DNA of 24,000 bases from Flavobacteriaceae bacterium (lineage in GTDB: Bacteria > Bacteroidota > Bacteroidia > Flavobacteriales > Flavobacteriaceae): the NCBI GenBank assembly GCA_028284745.1, contig JANQRC010000015.1, positions 16,113 to 40,112 on the forward strand, in the 5' to 3' direction. Positions 13,952 to 21,952 of the stretch are shown here, piece after piece. The first letter of the stretch is position 1; every line of letters begins with the position of its first letter. The translations under genes were made by a program, and so were the position numbers. The notes under the pieces were generated by a model, which saw only the letters and a program-made list of their open reading frames with translations, made no database searches and had not been told where the DNA came from.

Positions 13952-15479
13952 ATGACCTAAGATTGCTGTACACCGCATTTAACAAGGTCTCTTCGTCAAA
14001 TGGCTTGATCAGTGTCTCGGTTATTCCGGCACGTTTGTACCTCGTCAGGTCCTTAGATTTATGATAGGCAGTGACCGCAATTATGGGCACATTTCTAGTA
14101 TTGTTGAATCCTAGCCTTCTGATCTGCTGCGTCAGCTCGTCTCCCTGTATTCCGTTCAATTTGATGTCCATAAGGATCACATCATAGATGTTATGCTTCA
14201 GGTCTTCTAACACTCCTTCTGCGCCCTCGAAGATCTCAACGTAAAAATCTCCGGTACTCACCAATATCTTTAGCATGACCATCTGAGTCATCTCAGAATC
14301 TTCGATCAACAATGCTTTGAACTTCTCTTTCCTCCTTGCAACTGCCGGCCTCTCTGCTCGCTCTTGTTGCTTCTTCTTTTCCTTTTGTACTGAAGGAATC
14401 AATGGGAAGTTGAAATTCATATTGAAGCTGAACTTGCTTCCTTTGCCATGAGTGCTTTCCAACTTAATGTCAGACTCCATCAGATGAAGGATCTGTTTTA
14501 CTATGGATAGCCCAAGCCCAACACCTTTAGGGTCTCCGCTGCTCTGCAGTTGCGAAAAGCTCTCGAATATCTTGGACTGGTCCTCTTCCTTGATCCCCCT
14601 TCCTGTATCAGCAACGCTGAAATGTATGTTTGCTCTGTTGCCTCGGCGATAGTTCTGCTCTACGTGCAAGGTGACCTTTCCTTTTTTGGTGTACTTCAGT
14701 GCGTTGTTCAGCAAGTTTACTATTATCTGTTTCAGCCTAACGGGGTCACCTTCTACTTGCTCAGGGAATTTTTTGTCGACCTCCATGACGAATTTCAACC
14801 CTTTCGCCCTTGCCTTGGCCGAGTATGTGCGCTCGATGTCTTTTAAAACGCCCCTAAGGTCAAAAAGCCTAGGTTCTATCGTAAGTTTTCCTGCCTCGAT
14901 CTTAGAGATGTCCATGATATCTTCTAACATGTTCTTAAGGTCTACGGTAGAAGATTGTATGACGCCCGCATAGTCCAACTGGTCATTGGTCAGCTCGGTA
15001 TGTTGAAGCATTTGCGAGAACGTGAGTATGCTGGTCAACGGATTGCGGATCTCATGGCTGAAGTTTGCTATGAATCTGTTCTTGAACGCTTCCTTTTCTT
15101 TCAAGAATTTATTCTGAAGGTCCAGAAACTGCTTGGCGATCACAGATTCGTTTCGCGTCTGGGTCACTTTTTGCAGTTCGGCATAGTGTTCGGTGAAATT
15201 GGTGATGATGATCAGCAGACCATCAGCCATGCTCTTTATCTCGATATCGCAGATAAACTCGTCTTGCTTGCCTAGATGAACGCAGTTAAGTTGCAACTCT
15301 TCCTTTTCAAGGAAAATTGGGGACAAGCTCTCAAAAAAAGCGTGCTCTTTTTGAATGAAGCTACCATTGCGCAGTTTAAATAGGGCATCATCAGATTCAA
15401 TGATCTTCCCGTTCGTGTCTACTAGCACAAATTGTCTACGAACTTTGTAAAAGTCCGCCTTTATGTCGTCTAATGTCAT
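13950..15479 (-). CDS. Cytoplasmic hybrid sensor histidine kinase/response regulator (small N-terminal PAS-like domain, coiled coil, HisKA, HATPase_c, REC)
   Basis: It has the H-box FSHEIRNPL, N-box LLNNALKYT, G1 DTGRGI and G2 GVGLGLSI. The C-terminal receiver has the acidic pair (IEDSE), the phospho-acceptor (ILMDIKL), T (AVTAY) and K (IKPF). I see no TM segments. Confidence 0.9.
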   Translation of the reverse strand: MTLDDIKADFYKVRRQFVLVDTNGKIIESDDALFKLRNGSFIQKEHAFFESLSPIFLEKEELQLNCVHLGKQDEFICDIEIKSMADGLLIIITNFTEHYAELQKVTQTRNESVIAKQFLDLQNKFLKEKEAFKNRFIANFSHEIRNPLTSILTFSQMLQHTELTNDQLDYAGVIQSSTVDLKNMLEDIMDISKIEAGKLTIEPRLFDLRGVLKDIERTYSAKARAKGLKFVMEVDKKFPEQVEGDPVRLKQIIVNLLNNALKYTKKGKVTLHVEQNYRRGNRANIHFSVADTGRGIKEEDQSKIFESFSQLQSSGDPKGVGLGLSIVKQILHLMESDIKLESTHGKGSKFSFNMNFNFPLIPSVQKEKKKQQERAERPAVARRKEKFKALLIEDSEMTQMVMLKILVSTGDFYVEIFEGAEGVLEDLKHNIYDVILMDIKLNGIQGDELTQQIRRLGFNNTRNVPIIAVTAYHKSKDLTRYKRAGITETLIKPFDEETLLNAVYSNLRS

Positions 15480-15970
15480 TATCCAATAAGTTCTTTGGCC
15501 AGGTCTGTAAAGAGGTCCTTTACGTGGGCTCCTGTCTTGGCACTGGTAAAATAGTTGGGGCGAACTATGAATTCTTCCTTGTTTTCCTTTAAATACGTTT
15601 TGGTCACCAGATCGGCCTTATTGCCAACAATTTTGAACGGGATGTCGTTAAATTTCTCTTGTAGGTATGCTATGGATTTGTCAATTTCTTTGTAGGTATC
15701 TGGTCTGGTGATGTCAAAAACATAGATAAACCCATGGGTTCCTAGCAGGTACGACTCTCGGGTTTTCTTTATATCATCATATCCCTCAAGGTCCCAGATA
15801 ATGAGGTTGACGTCTTTGCCATTCTCTAGCTCGACCTCTCTCTTAAGAATATGCACCCCGATAGTCACCTTGTAGCTATCGGAGAAGGTGTCTTCGACAA
15901 ATCGACGGATCAACGATGTCTTTCCTACGCCAAAGTGTCCTAGCAATACTATTTTCTTAGAGACTCTCAT
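15479..15970 (-). CDS. Ras-superfamily small GTPase, Rab-like
   Basis: G1 is GHFGVGKTS, switch I is YKVTIGV, G3 is WDLEGYD, G4 is GNKADL and G5 is TSAKTG. The protein is 163 aa with no C-terminal cysteine. Its stop overlaps the kinase start (TAATG), and its start overlaps the upstream gene by 14 nt. Confidence 0.85.
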   Translation of the reverse strand: MRVSKKIVLLGHFGVGKTSLIRRFVEDTFSDSYKVTIGVHILKREVELENGKDVNLIIWDLEGYDDIKKTRESYLLGTHGFIYVFDITRPDTYKEIDKSIAYLQEKFNDIPFKIVGNKADLVTKTYLKENKEEFIVRPNYFTSAKTGAHVKDLFTDLAKELIG

Positions 15971-16787
15971 TGTTGAAATAATAGGTTAATTCTCTTGCTA
16001 TTTTTTCTTGGTCAATATCGTTAGAATATTCCATCAATTGGATAAAGTTCTCGTAGAACTCAAAGATAACGTCCTGTAACTTGTCTTTAAAGTGCGTATT
16101 GTAATTCCCAGAAATAACGACCGCAATATAGTGATTAACAAAGTTCTGTATGTGAATGTCAAAAAGCTCGTACTCTATAAGCTCAAGATTTTGTTGTTTC
16201 TGGATGAAGGCATCTTCAACAAAGTTCTTGATGGCGGTCAGCATTCCAGAGACCATGTCCTCATCGATCGTTTCAGAGCGACTGAAGCTGCCGACCAGAA
16301 TACCGGAGTCCTTTTCTATGATCATTACCTGAAGTACTTCTGGCTCTTCGGCAAGTTCACTAATGATCAGGTCTTCTTCGCTCACACCTGTAAACCAGGC
16401 CTTGAATCTTCGTTTCCAACCCCTTGCCGTAAAGCTATCTTCTACTTCTTTACCGATGCGTTCAGACAACAACTTGATTTCCTGTGCCACATATTTTTTG
16501 ATCATCTTGCCTATGATAGGGTACAACGCTTCGACCACTTGGTCTCTAGAGTTCTTGATCTCTTCCTTAAGTGTCTTGGTAATGGTGGGCCCTAAGGTCT
16601 TGGGCATCTCCTTGATGAACTGCTGTAGCTGCTGCTCTACAATGGGGTCCACCTTTTTAGAAAGCTTTGAACGTTCGTTAAGCGTCTCCTCAAGTATGGC
16701 AATACGTTCTTTGACTGCCTCTGCATACTGACGGTCGTCGGTAAGCAAGATGTCCTTGAGGATGGTCAGCTTATCCCTTTCGTTCAT
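15957..16787 (-). CDS. Hypothetical 276-aa protein with an N-terminal helical/coiled-coil half and a C-terminal alpha/beta domain (possibly roadblock/longin-like)
   Basis: This is a long ORF in an operon context. Residues ~150-260 (VLQVMIIEKDSGILVGSFSR...DMVSGMLTAIKNFVEDAF...LELIEYELFDIHIQNF..HYIAVVISGN...) show a beta-beta-alpha-beta-beta-beta-alpha propensity pattern. I cannot assign a family by eye. Confidence 0.6.
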   Translation of the reverse strand: MNERDKLTILKDILLTDDRQYAEAVKERIAILEETLNERSKLSKKVDPIVEQQLQQFIKEMPKTLGPTITKTLKEEIKNSRDQVVEALYPIIGKMIKKYVAQEIKLLSERIGKEVEDSFTARGWKRRFKAWFTGVSEEDLIISELAEEPEVLQVMIIEKDSGILVGSFSRSETIDEDMVSGMLTAIKNFVEDAFIQKQQNLELIEYELFDIHIQNFVNHYIAVVISGNYNTHFKDKLQDVIFEFYENFIQLMEYSNDIDQEKIARELTYYFNNESL

Positions 16788-16806
16788 AAGGGTAGAGGAT
16801 TAAGCG

Positions 16807-17154
16807 CTACTTGCGAATTCTGTTTCCAAGATCTACCAGAAGGTCACCTAGTAGGTCGCGATCCACCTTGGTATGTTGCAACTCATCTGCTTTGTCGTTC
16901 AGTGAGTTTTCCAATTCTGTTATGCGGATATTCAGGTCGGTACTTAGGTTGTCTACATTCTGCATCAATTCTGCTCTTACTTCATCTACAAGCGAAGACA
17001 GTTCTTGTTGCTTCTTGCGGATGTCCTGCTTGATCTTCTCAAACTCAGAATCGTACTCTTGAATGTTTTCGCCAAAGATCAAGTTCTTGATCGCCTCAAT
17101 CTTTGAAGATGGGTCTTCTACTTGGGGCGTGGTTACTTCATTTTTCTTGGCCAT
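16807..17154 (-). CDS. Hypothetical 115-aa coiled-coil protein, first gene of the GTPase/kinase operon
   Basis: The ORF has heptad-like, charged content (EFEKIKQDIRKKQQELSSLVDEVRAELMQNVDNLSTDLNIRITELENSLNDKADELQ). A consensus -7 box lies 23 nt upstream, and there is a 19-nt gap to the next gene. Confidence 0.6.
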   Translation of the reverse strand: MAKKNEVTTPQVEDPSSKIEAIKNLIFGENIQEYDSEFEKIKQDIRKKQQELSSLVDEVRAELMQNVDNLSTDLNIRITELENSLNDKADELQHTKVDRDLLGDLLVDLGNRIRK

Positions 17155-17176
17155 TATTGTGGTTTTCTTAGTTGCA

Positions 17177-17184
17177 CAAATATA
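17177..17184 (-). promoter_or_regulatory. -7 box TATATTTG (minus strand) for the GTPase/kinase operon
   Basis: The plus strand reads CAAATATA, an exact TAnnTTTG on the coding strand, 23 nt upstream of the ATG at 17154. It is flanked by the near-palindrome GGGAAATTACCC (17185-17196). Confidence 0.45.
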
Positions 17185-17208
17185 GGGAAATTACCCGTTT
17201 CGTGCTTT

Positions 17209-18219
17209 TCACAGGCCAAACTCTTGCATGAACGATTCGGCTTTTTCGACCATCTGCCTACTTCCGCAGAAGAACGGTACTCGCTGATGAAGCTCACTAG
17301 GCTGAATGTCTAATATAGGCACAAAGCCGTCACTAGCCTTGCCATCGGCCTGTTCTGCCAAGAAAGCCATGGGGTTGCATTCGTAAAGCAATCTTAGTTT
17401 TCCGGCAGTAGCTTTAGAGCTTTTCGGGTACATATATATGCCTCCTTTGATCATATTCCTATGAAAATCAGATACCAAAGAACCAATATAGCGCGATGTA
17501 TACGGACGATCCCCTTTCTCCTCTTGGCAATACTTTATGTAGTTCTTCACGCCTTGTGGGAAATGCACATAATTTCCTTCATTGATAGAGTAGATCCTGC
17601 CTGTCTCTGGGAACCTCATATTAGGGTGCGACAGGTAGAAGGTGCCGATAGCAGGATTTAGGGTGAAACCATTCACCCCATGACCCGTGGTGTAGACCAA
17701 CATCGTTGAAGTTCCGTAGATAATATAACCAGCTGCTACTTGATTGCGACCTGTTTGAAGAAAATCCTCTAGCGTCACGGGAGTACCCACTGAGGTGATC
17801 CTTCTGTAAACAGAGAAGATCGTTCCTACAGAGACGTTGACATCTATGTTAGACGACCCATCCAAGGGGTCGATCAACACCACATACTTGTTCTGATGAT
17901 TCTCATCTTGGCTGTTGATGCTAATGAAGTCGTCTTCCTCTTCGGAAGCGATGCCACAGATGATCTCACGGTTCTTCAGGGTTTGTATGAACTTCTCATT
18001 GGCCAGCACATCTAGCTTTTGCTGACTTTCTCCCTGCACATTGGTTTCTCCGGCATTGCCCAAGATATCTACCAAGCCTGCCTTGTTGACCTCATGATTC
18101 ACCACCTTTGCGGCCAAACGTATGGCATTGATCAATTTAGAAAGCTCTCCTGTAGAATATCTAAATTCTTTTTGATTTTCAATAATGAATTCACCCAAGG
18201 TCTGGTTTCTGCGCGCCAT
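17209..18219 (-). CDS. fbp: Class 1 fructose-1,6-bisphosphatase
   Basis: The 336-aa protein has FBPase class I motifs ([40 protein letters not shown]). Confidence 0.95.
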   Translation of the reverse strand: MARRNQTLGEFIIENQKEFRYSTGELSKLINAIRLAAKVVNHEVNKAGLVDILGNAGETNVQGESQQKLDVLANEKFIQTLKNREIICGIASEEEDDFISINSQDENHQNKYVVLIDPLDGSSNIDVNVSVGTIFSVYRRITSVGTPVTLEDFLQTGRNQVAAGYIIYGTSTMLVYTTGHGVNGFTLNPAIGTFYLSHPNMRFPETGRIYSINEGNYVHFPQGVKNYIKYCQEEKGDRPYTSRYIGSLVSDFHRNMIKGGIYMYPKSSKATAGKLRLLYECNPMAFLAEQADGKASDGFVPILDIQPSELHQRVPFFCGSRQMVEKAESFMQEFGL

Positions 18220-18332
18220 AGTTAAGGTAGGTTGTGCTATTTGCGCACAAATATCGATATTTTTGTGATACTAAAACGTTTTCGTTATCATTATGTTTTG
18301 AGATTTTCTAACTAAATGTGATTTTTGCAACA

Positions 18333-18812
18333 ATGAGTTATAAAGTACGACATGCACAAAAAGAAGACATGCCACATGTCTTTCGACTGATACAAGAATT
18401 GGCTATTTATGAAAAAGAGCCCGATGCTGTTCTTATCACTATTGAAGACCTGGTTCGCGATGGTTTTGGAGATCGTCCACTTTTTTGTTGCTTTGTGGCC
18501 GAAGTCGATGACCACATTGCAGGTATTGCCTTAGTGTATCCGCGCTACTCCACATGGAAAGGACCGGTGATTCATCTTGAAGACCTTGTTGTTGACAAAG
18601 CCTATCGAGGCAAGGGCATTGGCGCAGCACTTTTAGATGAAGTAGTACGATATGGTAGCCAGCAAGGTGTTAAAAGGATCAGCTGGGAAGTGCTGGACTG
18701 GAATGAGCCAGCCATTGATCTCTATCAAAGCAAGGGTGCCAATATCATGAGAGGCTGGTACATAGTACAGCTAGACGAAAACGGAATTAGGAACTACTTA
18801 GAAAATATTTGA
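18333..18812 (+). CDS. GNAT family N-acetyltransferase (diamine/spermidine acetyltransferase-like)
   Basis: MSYKVRHAQKEDMPHVFRLIQELAIYEKEP... is followed by the acetyl-CoA binding motif RGKGIGAALL. The start is set at the ATG at 18333; the track start at 18318 is a GTG. Confidence 0.8.
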   Translation: MSYKVRHAQKEDMPHVFRLIQELAIYEKEPDAVLITIEDLVRDGFGDRPLFCCFVAEVDDHIAGIALVYPRYSTWKGPVIHLEDLVVDKAYRGKGIGAALLDEVVRYGSQQGVKRISWEVLDWNEPAIDLYQSKGANIMRGWYIVQLDENGIRNYLENI

Positions 18813-18815
18813 TAC

Positions 18816-20066
18816 ATGCGAATCTTTAAATTTGGTGGTGCTTCGGTAAAGGATGCCGATGGAGTGAAAAATCTAGTGGCCGTACTAAAAGAAACGGGGC
18901 ACAAAGACACCTTGCTGGTCGTATCGGCCATGGGAAAGACCACCAACGCCATGGAACTCGTGGTTAAAAACTATTTTCATCACAAAGACGACCTCCAAAC
19001 TGCAGTACACGACCGCATCGAATATCACAATGAGATATTACTAGAATTGTTTGAGAATGACCAGCACCCAGTCTTTGCTCAGGTAAAGACCTTATTTGAT
19101 GAGCTGCAAGGGTTCCTAGCTTGGAACAAATCGCCCAAATATAGTTTTGTGTATGACCAAGTGGTCAGTTACGGAGAACTGATCTCCACGACCATCGTCA
19201 GTGCTTATCTCAACGAAGTAGGCATCAAAAATACATGGATAGATGTTAGAAGTTGCATCAAGACCGATAGCAACTATCGTGATGCCAACGTAGATTGGGA
19301 CAGCACCAAATCGAAGATAGCCCAGCAGGTCAAAAAAGGTACGCTATACATAACGCAAGGTTTCCTTGGTAGCGACGAGAACAACTTCACAACCACATTG
19401 GGCCGTGAAGGATCGGACTACACCGCTGCTATCTTTGCCTTTTGCCTCAGTGCAGATTCTGTAACCATCTGGAAAGACGTTCCAGGTGTGCTCAATGCCG
19501 ACCCAAGGCATTTTGAAAATGCCAGGCTGCTCGAAAAGGTATCGTACCGCGAAGCCATAGAATTGGCTTTTTACGGAGCTTCTGTAATCCACCCGAAAAC
19601 ACTGCAACCACTACAGCGCAAGGAAATCCCATTATATGTAAAGTCCTTTACCGACCCCAAGGGTCAAGGCACCGCGGTAAGCAAAGGCACTGGTATTGCC
19701 CCAGACCTTCCTTGCTTTATCGTGAAGAAGGGCCAGGTATTGATACGCCTCTCTTCCTTAGACTTCTCCTTTATCGTAGAAAACAATATCAGCGAGATCT
19801 TCAAACTGCTGCATGAGTATCGCCTAAAAGTAGACTTGATCCAAAATTCTGCGATCAGCTTTTCTGTGTGTGTCGATAACAAATTCAACCACTTGGAGGA
19901 TCTGTTGACCATACTGAGGTCGAAATTCAGGGTGAATTGTATCGAAGGCGTTTCGCTCTACACGATCAGACACTTTGACGAAGCGGCGATCTCCTCACTT
20001 CAAAATGGAAGAAAAGTACTGCTAGAACAACGCACGCAAGAGACTGTGCAGCTGGTAGTCAGCTAG
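18816..20066 (+). CDS. lysC: Aspartate kinase
   Basis: It has MRIFKFGGASVKDA, VVSAMGKTTN and the amino-acid kinase fold, followed by C-terminal ACT-like repeats. It starts 3 nt after the GNAT stop. Confidence 0.85.
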   Translation: MRIFKFGGASVKDADGVKNLVAVLKETGHKDTLLVVSAMGKTTNAMELVVKNYFHHKDDLQTAVHDRIEYHNEILLELFENDQHPVFAQVKTLFDELQGFLAWNKSPKYSFVYDQVVSYGELISTTIVSAYLNEVGIKNTWIDVRSCIKTDSNYRDANVDWDSTKSKIAQQVKKGTLYITQGFLGSDENNFTTTLGREGSDYTAAIFAFCLSADSVTIWKDVPGVLNADPRHFENARLLEKVSYREAIELAFYGASVIHPKTLQPLQRKEIPLYVKSFTDPKGQGTAVSKGTGIAPDLPCFIVKKGQVLIRLSSLDFSFIVENNISEIFKLLHEYRLKVDLIQNSAISFSVCVDNKFNHLEDLLTILRSKFRVNCIEGVSLYTIRHFDEAAISSLQNGRKVLLEQRTQETVQLVVS

Positions 20067-20101
20067 TTAGCAAACCAGCCACTGAATGCAGCTTTTTTAA
20101 G

Positions 20102-20109
20102 TACATTTG
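20102..20109 (+). promoter_or_regulatory. -7 box TACATTTG upstream of the OlsF-like gene
   Basis: This is an exact TAnnTTTG match, 23 nt upstream of the ATG at 20132. Confidence 0.4.
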
Positions 20110-20131
20110 TTAATTACCGAATCATTTTTTA

Positions 20132-21952
20132 ATGGGGTTAGTATCTGCCAAAGAAGTTGCCAAAGCCATAAATCTAGACAAGTACGGTTTTCTCGGCACG
20201 TTTGTGGGTTGGATTTTGATGAAGGTGCTCAAGGTCTCGGCCATGAACAAGATCTATGATCGCAACAAGCACCTCAGCGATGGCGAATTCTTGGATGGGA
20301 TCTTAAATGAGTTCGAGATCAATTTTGAGATTCCGGAAGAAGACCTGAAACGCCTTCCTAAAGAAGGACCCTACATCACCATCTCTAACCACCCGCTTGG
20401 TGGCATTGATGGCATCCTCTTATTGAAGCTCTTGATCGAGCAGCGACCCGATTACAAGATCATCGCCAACTTCCTCTTACATCGTATAGAGCCTTTGAAA
20501 CCCTACATCATGCCAGTAAATCCTTTTGAAGAGCGCAAGGATGCTAAAAGCAGCATTTCTGGTTTTATGCAAGCCATGCGACACTTAAGAGATGGGCATC
20601 CACTTGGTGTTTTCCCCGCTGGTGAGGTCTCTACCTATAAAGATGGGAAGTTGATCGTTGATCGCCCATGGGAAGAAGCTGCCATGAAGCTTATCAAAAA
20701 GGCCAATGTGCCCGTAGTGCCCATCTACTTCCATGCAAAGAACAGCAGATTTTTCTATAGGCTATCGCGTATTAGCGACACGCTTCGCACGGCCAAGCTA
20801 CCGTCTGAGCTGCTCACCCAAAAGAATCGCGTGATCAAGGTACGCATTGGCAAACCCATTTCAGAAAGTGCGCAAGCAGAGCATGCCTCGTTAGATGATC
20901 TTACAGAGTTCCTGAGAAAGAAGACCTATATGTTGGCCAATCCTTTCGAGAGAAAGCGACTCATTCAAAAAGTACCCACTTCTATAAAGATCCCCAAACA
21001 GCCAAAAGAGATTGCAGGTGCCGTTATTCCGGCGTTGATGGAGAAAGAAGTGAATCGCCTTCGAGATGAGGACCATCGCTTGCTCATTAGCAAGAATTAT
21101 GAAGTGTTCTTGGCTCCTGCCACCAAGATCAAGAGTATCCTTCGCGAAATAGGTCGCTTGCGCGAGATCACCTTTCGTGATATCGGAGAGGGCACCAATC
21201 AGGCCATAGACCTGGACAGCTACGACCAATACTATCATCATCTCTTCTTGTGGGACACCAAAGAGAAGAAATTGGTGGGTGCCTACCGCATGGGGTTGGG
21301 ATCCAAGATCTTTGCCTCGCATGGCATTGACGGATTCTATCTGCAGGACCTTTTTCGATTCGAGCCTGAATTGTATAAGATGATGAGCAAGAGCATCGAG
21401 ATGGGACGTGCATTCATCATCAAAGAGTATCAACAGAAGCCCATGCCACTGTTCTTGCTTTGGAAGGGCATTGTACACACGACGCTTCGTTTCCCCCAGC
21501 ACAAGTATCTTATCGGGGGCGTTAGTATCAGCAATCAATTCTCGAACTTTTCAAAATCATTGATGATCGAGTTCATGAAATCGCACTATTGGGATCCCTA
21601 TGTAGCACAGTATATTCGACCGAAAAAGGAATTCAAGGTAAAGTTGAACGATGCCGACAAGGATTTCATCTTCGATGCCACTGAAGCCGACCTTAACAAG
21701 TTCGACAAGTTGATCGATGAAGTGGAACCCGGCGAACTTCGCTTGCCTGTTCTGATCAAAAAGTACATCAAGCAAAATGCGCGTGTTGTGGCATTCAATG
21801 TAGACCCCTTATTCAACAATGCAGTTGATGGGCTGATGTATATTCGCATTGCCGACCTCCCGGAAAGCACGGTGAAACCCGTGATGGAAGAGTTTCAGGC
21901 CGAACTAGAGCGCAAGTTCATGGAAGGCAACCATGATGATGGCGACAAGTGA
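20132..21952 (+). CDS. olsF: Bifunctional acyltransferase, OlsF-like (N-terminal PlsC-type O-acyltransferase plus C-terminal OlsB-like GNAT N-acyltransferase) for aminoacyl-lipid synthesis
   Basis: The N-terminal domain has the lysophospholipid-acyltransferase motifs ISNHPLGGIDG and VFPAGEVS. The C-terminal domain has the OlsB/hemolysin-like motif REITFRDIGEGTNQAIDLDSYDQYYHHLFLWD. The ~600-aa two-domain architecture matches the OlsF described in Serratia and Flavobacterium. Confidence 0.7.
   Translation: MGLVSAKEVAKAINLDKYGFLGTFVGWILMKVLKVSAMNKIYDRNKHLSDGEFLDGILNEFEINFEIPEEDLKRLPKEGPYITISNHPLGGIDGILLLKLLIEQRPDYKIIANFLLHRIEPLKPYIMPVNPFEERKDAKSSISGFMQAMRHLRDGHPLGVFPAGEVSTYKDGKLIVDRPWEEAAMKLIKKANVPVVPIYFHAKNSRFFYRLSRISDTLRTAKLPSELLTQKNRVIKVRIGKPISESAQAEHASLDDLTEFLRKKTYMLANPFERKRLIQKVPTSIKIPKQPKEIAGAVIPALMEKEVNRLRDEDHRLLISKNYEVFLAPATKIKSILREIGRLREITFRDIGEGTNQAIDLDSYDQYYHHLFLWDTKEKKLVGAYRMGLGSKIFASHGIDGFYLQDLFRFEPELYKMMSKSIEMGRAFIIKEYQQKPMPLFLLWKGIVHTTLRFPQHKYLIGGVSISNQFSNFSKSLMIEFMKSHYWDPYVAQYIRPKKEFKVKLNDADKDFIFDATEADLNKFDKLIDEVEPGELRLPVLIKKYIKQNARVVAFNVDPLFNNAVDGLMYIRIADLPESTVKPVMEEFQAELERKFMEGNHDDGDK

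Noticed and set aside
20891-21538. 215-aa minus-strand ORF, along with the 81-, 72- and 90-aa neighbours at 21168-21870
   Set aside because: All are antisense to the OlsF-like gene, whose frame carries conserved acyltransferase motifs. The antisense translations have no motifs, so I treat them as shadow ORFs.
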